Source: an uncultured Staphylococcaceae bacterium (GTDB lineage Bacteria; Bacillota_I; Bacilli_A; RFN20; CAG-826). Taken from it: a DNA stretch of 64,000 nt. Shown here in pieces: positions 58,387 to 64,000 of the stretch. The DNA lies in contig CAYJLA010000003.1 of NCBI GenBank assembly GCA_964371305.1, positions 2,578 through 66,577 of the forward strand, given 5' to 3'. The translations under genes were made by a program, and so were the position numbers. Position 1 is the stretch's first letter. Each line of letters opens with the position of its first letter. Under the pieces are notes generated by a model. The model saw only the letters and a list, made by a program, of their open reading frames with translations, searched no databases and was not told the origin of the DNA.

Positions 58387-59661
58387 ATGAATAGAATTTT
58401 ATTAAGAAATGCACTAATACTCGATATGGAAACAATCGAAGTATATAAAGGTGAAGTAATTGTTGATAATAATATAATCGAATATGTAGGTCCTGCTGCC
58501 AAACGTGGTGGAACTTTTACTAGAACAATAAATTGTGAAGGTAATTTATTAATGCCTGGTTTCAAAAATGTACATACTCATTCAGCAATGACATTTTTAA
58601 GAAGCTATGCTGACGACTTACCTCTTAAAGAATGGTTATATGATTTTGTTTTTCCAAAAGAGGCAAACTTACAAAAAGGAGACGTTTATCATTTATCAAA
58701 AGTTGCGTACTTAGAGTATTTAACAAGTGGTGTAACAACTATTTTTGATATGTATTATTTTCCAGATGAAATTGTTCAAAGTTCAATTGATTTTGGTATG
58801 AGAACTGTTGTTTGCGGTACAATAAGTAAACATTCAGGATCTACTAAAGTACTAGAAAAAGAATATAACGAATATAACAACAAGCATGAACTTATTTCCT
58901 TAAAGTTAGGTTTTCATGCGGAGTATACAATAGATGAAAAAATGCTTATGGAATTGAGTAAACTTTCAAATAAACTTAAAGAACCTGTTTTTTGCCATAT
59001 AAGCGAAACTCAAAATGAAGTTGAAGGATGCAAACAACGTCACAGTGGTTTAACTCCTCCTGAATACTTAGATAGTTTAGGTTTATTTAACTACGGAGGC
59101 GGTGGTTTTCATTGCACATACTTTACAGAAAATGACATTGAAATATTCAAAAATAGAAATTGTTACGCTGTAACATGCCCTGGAAGCAATGCTAAGCTTG
59201 CTAGTGGAATGGCACCTGTTTTGAATATACATAATAAAGGAGTAAATGTTGCTATTGGTACGGACGGACCTGCATCAAATAACTCCTTAGACATGTTTAA
59301 AGAAATGCAACTTGTATGTTATAAACAAAAATTGCTTCATAATGATCCTTCAGTAATGGATGCTGAAGAAGTATTAAAATTTGCAACTGTTAATGGGGCA
59401 AAAATGCTTGGTTTAGATCAAACAATGTATTTAAAAGAAGGTTACTTGGCTGATATAATCATGATTGATTTATCAAAACCTAGTATGCAACCTATAAATA
59501 ACATCGTAAAAAATATTGTTTATAGTGGTGGAAAAGACATTGTTAAAATGACCATGATTAATGGCAGAATACTTTATTATGATGGAAAATTTAATTTGAA
59601 TGAAAGTCTTGATGTTATATATAAAAATGCTCAGGAAGTGAGCGAAAGGTTAAAAAAGTAG
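58387..59661 (+). CDS. amidohydrolase-family deaminase (MtaD/SAH-MTA deaminase or guanine/cytosine deaminase-like)
   Basis: HTHSAMT metal-binding motif, HISE and GTDGPASNNSLDM motifs of the chlorohydrolase/deaminase subfamily. Confidence 0.7.
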   Translation: MNRILLRNALILDMETIEVYKGEVIVDNNIIEYVGPAAKRGGTFTRTINCEGNLLMPGFKNVHTHSAMTFLRSYADDLPLKEWLYDFVFPKEANLQKGDVYHLSKVAYLEYLTSGVTTIFDMYYFPDEIVQSSIDFGMRTVVCGTISKHSGSTKVLEKEYNEYNNKHELISLKLGFHAEYTIDEKMLMELSKLSNKLKEPVFCHISETQNEVEGCKQRHSGLTPPEYLDSLGLFNYGGGGFHCTYFTENDIEIFKNRNCYAVTCPGSNAKLASGMAPVLNIHNKGVNVAIGTDGPASNNSLDMFKEMQLVCYKQKLLHNDPSVMDAEEVLKFATVNGAKMLGLDQTMYLKEGYLADIIMIDLSKPSMQPINNIVKNIVYSGGKDIVKMTMINGRILYYDGKFNLNESLDVIYKNAQEVSERLKK

Positions 59662-59662
59662 T

Positions 59663-60622
59663 ATGGTTAACAGAAGAAAAGTAGTTATTATTGGCGATGG
59701 AGCGGTTGGTTCAACAACTGCTTACACATTATTTTTGACTGATATTGCAACTGATATAGTCATCATTGATGTAAATAAAAAGAAAGTAGTTGGCGATGTA
59801 TTAGATATGCAACACGGAATGAGTTTAATTAATCCTAAAAATATAAAAGCTGGTGAGTATAAGGACGTTAAGGGAGCTCAAATAGTTGTTATTACTGCTG
59901 GTGTTGGACAAAAACCTGGTGAAACAAGATTAGATTTGTTAAAAAGAAATATTTCTGTTTTCGACAACATTATAGACAACATGAAGCCTTATTTAGACGA
60001 AGGCAGCATTATTTTGATAGTTACTAATCCAGTAGATATTTTAACTTATTACACATATAAAAAGCTTAATTTACCTTCTTCGCGCGTTATCGGCAGTGGA
60101 ACAGTTTTAGATACAGCTAGACAAAAATTACTAATTTCACAAATGACAAAAATTGATCCAAGAAACGTACACACATTTGTTGTTGGTGAACATGGTGATA
60201 GTGAAGTAAGTGCATTTTCATCTTCAAGGGTTGGTGGTGTTGAATTAGTTAAGTATATGGAAAAAAACTGTGAAACTGAAAATTGCGTTGAAAAAGATTT
60301 AAATAAACTTCATGAAAGTGTAAAAAACGCAGCTTATGAAATCATTGACGCTAAAGGTGCTACTTTTTATGCTGTTGCAATGGCTGTAGTAAGAATTATT
60401 GGTACTATAATCAATAACACAAACTCTGTATTAACAGTATCGACATATGTTGAATCATACTTTGATGGAGAAATTAAAGATGTATACTTTGCGCTACCTT
60501 GTAAATTGAATGCAAAGGGTATTGAGCAGATTATTGATATTGATTATAACAAGGATGAAAAGGCCGGTCTTATTAAATCAGCTAATACTCTAAAAACGCT
60601 TATTAATGAATTAGGTATTTAA
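59663..60622 (+). CDS. ldh: L-lactate dehydrogenase
   Basis: VVIIGDGAVGS NAD motif, substrate loop GVGQKPGETRLDLL and catalytic GEHGDS. Confidence 0.9.
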   Translation: MVNRRKVVIIGDGAVGSTTAYTLFLTDIATDIVIIDVNKKKVVGDVLDMQHGMSLINPKNIKAGEYKDVKGAQIVVITAGVGQKPGETRLDLLKRNISVFDNIIDNMKPYLDEGSIILIVTNPVDILTYYTYKKLNLPSSRVIGSGTVLDTARQKLLISQMTKIDPRNVHTFVVGEHGDSEVSAFSSSRVGGVELVKYMEKNCETENCVEKDLNKLHESVKNAAYEIIDAKGATFYAVAMAVVRIIGTIINNTNSVLTVSTYVESYFDGEIKDVYFALPCKLNAKGIEQIIDIDYNKDEKAGLIKSANTLKTLINELGI

Positions 60623-60644
60623 TAAAAATATATTTTTGATTAGG

Positions 60645-61754
60645 TTATTCGCCTGAATACAGTTTTTCTATGTCTAAATATTTATCCATGAATGCATTAA
60701 ATAATGGTTCATAGTATTTGTTATAGTGTACGCCTGACCAATAATAATAAATAGAACCATCATCTAAAGGATATTCAGTTATTTCATTCTTAGATACTTC
60801 CATACCTTGTAAAACGTTAAGTTCTACATTTTCTTCATAATTTGTATACAACTTACGTTCCTCAGTAAAATAAGACGTTTTTACTATGTATTTTTCGCCC
60901 TCTTTAGCAATTGTGTCATTTCCATAAACAAACATATCTTTGACGTTGTTTAACATATCAAATGAACCACGAGGACTAATGTGTTGGATAGTTGGAACAT
61001 ATCCACTTCCATAACCGAGTATTGGATTTGAATTTACAGACAAACCAAATTTGTCTTTAAAAGCGGTGTAAGACGCATTATCAACATTTCCTTCAGCATC
61101 AAGCCTAATTCCTTCAACATCTAAATCTATATAATATAAAACACCATTTACTTCATTATTGTACCAATAATTTTTTAATGCCAATCTTTCCATTATGTTG
61201 CAATCTGGACACCCAGAACGAGAAAAATATATATTGAAGTCATCATAGCCTGAATACATTGTAGTAAGAATTTCTTCATTAATTTCAATTACGGTAGGAG
61301 TTTTTACAAGTGTTTCTATCCAAGTTTTAAAGTTTTCATAATTTAAAAATATATCACTATCTACGTCAGTTTCTTCGTATTTTTTAACACCTTTATCAAA
61401 AATTGAAAGCGTTTGACTTTCTTCTTTTAGAGTAAGGCCAAATTTATCATCTACATCATCAAACTCAGTGTATATAATTTTATATATTTTTAAACCAGTT
61501 TCTTTAATATACTTATTCAAGATACCTGCTTCGAACATATCCCAAGACGCACAAGCGCAATCAGGATATTGAACTAATATAAAAGAAAACTTGTTTGTAA
61601 CAAGCGTATCAAGAGTCCCATAATTAATTTCTACACTCTCCTCTAATAATTTAGAACCAAATATTGTGTCGACCTTATTTTCGGCAGGTTGACATGCAGT
61701 AGCACCTACTCCTAATAGTAACAGTGGTAAAAACATTAATTTACTTAATCTCAT
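60645..61754 (-). CDS. lipoprotein with two cysteine-pair motifs (possible thioredoxin-like surface protein)
   Basis: Signal plus lipobox LLLLGVGATAC. Internal motifs QYPDCACASW and RSGCPDCN. Confidence 0.55.
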   Translation of the reverse strand: MRLSKLMFLPLLLLGVGATACQPAENKVDTIFGSKLLEESVEINYGTLDTLVTNKFSFILVQYPDCACASWDMFEAGILNKYIKETGLKIYKIIYTEFDDVDDKFGLTLKEESQTLSIFDKGVKKYEETDVDSDIFLNYENFKTWIETLVKTPTVIEINEEILTTMYSGYDDFNIYFSRSGCPDCNIMERLALKNYWYNNEVNGVLYYIDLDVEGIRLDAEGNVDNASYTAFKDKFGLSVNSNPILGYGSGYVPTIQHISPRGSFDMLNNVKDMFVYGNDTIAKEGEKYIVKTSYFTEERKLYTNYEENVELNVLQGMEVSKNEITEYPLDDGSIYYYWSGVHYNKYYEPLFNAFMDKYLDIEKLYSGE

Positions 61755-61850
61755 AATTATTCCTCTTTATCATTATATGATAATTTTGATTAGAAAACAA
61801 AATAAAATATTCTGTCAAAAAAATATATAAAAAGACGTTATTTTTATAAC

Positions 61851-62040
61851 AAAAAAACGACGAAAAAAAACGTTAAAAAAAATGAAGAAAAAAAACGCAA
61901 AAAAAATTGAATGATTCTTTTGCAATTTTTTAGTCGAAAAAATCATGAAATTCTTTCGATAGTGCCGATAGAATGTCAGTTTTTTGAAATTCAAAAAAAC
62001 AATCCAAAAAACGTTTAAAAAAATATGCTAAAAAAAGTGC
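61851..62040. repeat. phased A-tract (A6-8 + CG) low-complexity region upstream of potA
   Basis: A-tracts start at 61851, 61863, 61875, 61888 and 61899, and again at 61992, 62006, 62019 and 62031 (period 11-13 bp). Most are followed by CG. Confidence 0.6.
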
Positions 62041-62139
62041 TTGTTTTTTGTTTAAAAATGCCTTACTTTTTTATTTGTACTTTTTTCTTTCAACTGATGA
62101 GAAAATTTTGTACATTTTCTAATTAAGGAGGAATACGAT

Positions 62140-63660
62140 ATGAATGAAAATCATATTATCACTTTGAAGAATGTAACTAAAACATTTCAAGACGGTAAAA
62201 CTGTCGTCGATAATATTTCACTTAACGTAAAAAAAGGTGAATTCGTTACATTACTAGGCCCTAGTGGTTGTGGTAAAACAACTACTCTAAGGATGATTGC
62301 AGGTTTTGAAATACCTACCTCTGGTGAAATTTTACTTAATGGAGAAGATATTACAAAACTTCCTCCGCACAAAAGACCAATTAATACGGTCTTCCAAAGA
62401 TACGCTTTATTTCCACATTTAGACGTATATGAAAATGTTGCTTTCGGACTTAGAATTAAAAAAGTTCCTGTAAAAGTAACTAACAAAAAAGGTGAAGAAG
62501 TAACAAAAATGAAAAATCTTTCTTCTTCAGAAATTGATGCAAGAGTTGCAAGAGCGCTTGAAATCGTTGATTTGGAAGATTTAGAAGATAGAGACATTCA
62601 AACTCTTTCAGGTGGACAACAACAACGTGTTGCTATTGCAAGAGCGATTGTTTTAGAACCAGAAATATTATTACTTGATGAACCATTAGGTGCACTTGAT
62701 TTAAAAATGCGTAAAGAAATGCAGCTTGAATTAAAGGCAATGCATGAAAAATTAGGTATTACATTTATATATGTAACTCATGATCAAGAAGAAGCATTAA
62801 CTATGTCTGATACTGTTGTTGTTATGAATGATGGTATTGTTGAACAAGTTGGAACACCAATGGATATTTATAATGAACCAGTTAGTGCGTATGTTGCCGA
62901 CTTTATTGGTGAATCAAACATCTATAATGCTACTATGGTTGGTGAAAAACAAGTTAAATTTATCGGAGCTACTTGGGAAGCTGTAGATGATTTTAAATTA
63001 AATGAAAAAGTCGATGTAGTCATTCGCCCAGAAGACGTTATTCTTGGAAAAGAAGGTAAAGGAATAGTAGATGGTAAGATTATCTCTAAAGTATTTAAAG
63101 GCGTTCACTTTGAGTTAATTGTTGGTATTGGTAAAAATGAAGTAATGGTTCAAACAACTAAAAACTTTGAATTGGGGCAAGTTGTTTCAATTAAAGTGGA
63201 ACCAGAAAATTTACATATCATGAACAAAGAATACTCATCAAATGTTTACTATGATGCTTATATTAACAAAAAGAATCAACTTGTTATTGGAGAAGATATT
63301 TTTGAAATTGATATCACTAAACTATTAAAAGGCAGTCATGTAGATGAAGATGACTATCTAGTGTCTAAAGAAAATAAAATTTATGATTTAACTGATGCTG
63401 ATGTTATTGCAGAAATCGCACTTAATGCGATCACTGTATCTGATAACGAAGAAGAAGGGCAAGCTAAAGGTAAAGTTATTTCTTCAATGTGGCTTGGTGA
63501 TCACTATCAAATTATTGTAAGAACTGAAGAAGAGGAAGACTTTATTGTTGATACTCAATATCAATACAACGTTAATGATATAGTTTCTGTTAAAGTTGAA
63601 GCTAAAGATATTAAACTTAAAATCAAAGGAGATATAGCGAAATATGAAAAAGTTCGCTAG
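62140..63660 (+). CDS. potA: spermidine/putrescine ABC transporter ATP-binding protein with long C-terminal extension
   Basis: Walker A GPSGCGKTT, the PotA-typical FQRYALFPHL, LSGGQQQR and Walker B LLLDEPL. 506 aa, versus about 370 in typical PotA. Confidence 0.9.
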   Translation: MNENHIITLKNVTKTFQDGKTVVDNISLNVKKGEFVTLLGPSGCGKTTTLRMIAGFEIPTSGEILLNGEDITKLPPHKRPINTVFQRYALFPHLDVYENVAFGLRIKKVPVKVTNKKGEEVTKMKNLSSSEIDARVARALEIVDLEDLEDRDIQTLSGGQQQRVAIARAIVLEPEILLLDEPLGALDLKMRKEMQLELKAMHEKLGITFIYVTHDQEEALTMSDTVVVMNDGIVEQVGTPMDIYNEPVSAYVADFIGESNIYNATMVGEKQVKFIGATWEAVDDFKLNEKVDVVIRPEDVILGKEGKGIVDGKIISKVFKGVHFELIVGIGKNEVMVQTTKNFELGQVVSIKVEPENLHIMNKEYSSNVYYDAYINKKNQLVIGEDIFEIDITKLLKGSHVDEDDYLVSKENKIYDLTDADVIAEIALNAITVSDNEEEGQAKGKVISSMWLGDHYQIIVRTEEEEDFIVDTQYQYNVNDIVSVKVEAKDIKLKIKGDIAKYEKVR

Positions 63661-64000
63661 ATTTCAAAGAAAACAACTTGCGATTCCATACGCCTTATTC
63701 TTGTTTTTGTTTGTTGTTTGTCCTATTTTATTAATTATTTTTTATGCATTCACTGATGCTAGTGGACAATTGTCTTTTGATGCATTTAACGCATTCTTTA
63801 CATCTACAACTAAGTTAGAAGTATTGTTAGTTTCATTGTTCGTCGGTATTCAAACAACTCTTATCTGTTTAATTATTGGCTTTCCAGTTGCATATTTCTT
63901 ATCAAATAAAAAATATAATAAGAATGCAGTACTAGTATTACTGTTTGTTATGCCAATGTGGATCAACTTTGTTTTAAGAACTGGTGCTACAAGAGATTTG
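63644..64000 (+). CDS. potB: spermidine/putrescine ABC transporter permease (N-terminal part, continues beyond window)
   Basis: MKKFARFQRKQLAIPYALFLFLFVVCPILLII..., with TM helices. The start overlaps the potA 3' end. Confidence 0.8.
   Translation, partial: MKKFARFQRKQLAIPYALFLFLFVVCPILLIIFYAFTDASGQLSFDAFNAFFTSTTKLEVLLVSLFVGIQTTLICLIIGFPVAYFLSNKKYNKNAVLVLLFVMPMWINFVLRTGATRDL

Noticed and set aside
1-64000. Searched for CRISPR arrays, IS elements, integrases, rRNA genes and restriction-modification genes, in particular around the tRNA-bounded island.
   Set aside because: There are no regularly spaced direct repeats and no transposase, integrase, recombinase or methyltransferase motifs (DPPY, DDE, tyrosine-recombinase RxxR...Y). 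The only tandem repeats are the 48-bp coding duplication and the A-tract region.

Overview
This is a very AT-rich (about 28-30% GC) bacterial chromosome segment with Mollicutes/Erysipelotrichia-like character. It is densely coding and uses the standard genetic code: the genomic tRNA-Trp has a CCA anticodon, and ORFs of 800-1150 aa run without any in-frame TGA. The gene content points to an anaerobic fermenter, with AdhE, L-lactate dehydrogenase, a trimeric HydABC-type [FeFe] hydrogenase, rubredoxin, an NfnA/PyrK-like flavoprotein and KtrAB potassium uptake. Housekeeping genes include ppa, nadK, coaX, rarA, pepF, ogt, an AddAB-type helicase-nuclease and PotAB. There are many lipoproteins and membrane-anchored hypothetical proteins. 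I found no CRISPR array, transposase, integrase or rRNA gene. The segments that look accessory or poorly explained are:
1. A roughly 6 kb island between tRNA-Trp (8257-8330) and tRNA-His (14536-14612). It holds a 948-aa secreted protein, a co-transcribed 308-aa anchored protein, two convergent paralogous membrane-tethered XRE regulators (one with an apparently leaderless promoter) and a NUDIX hydrolase.
2. A seven-gene type IV pilus/competence-pseudopilus-like cluster (25334-31625), with no retraction ATPase and a nucleoside hydrolase immediately downstream.
3. A standalone DbpA-type RNA-binding-domain protein whose C-terminal RS/SR-rich tail is encoded by a perfect 48-bp tandem duplication.
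4. Tandem paralogous AMP-binding ligases next to a DUF1624-like membrane acyltransferase and an 81-aa unknown ORF.
5. Phased A-tract, probably curved DNA filling the 385-bp leader of potA.
All functional calls come from motif recognition by eye. None has been checked by a database search.
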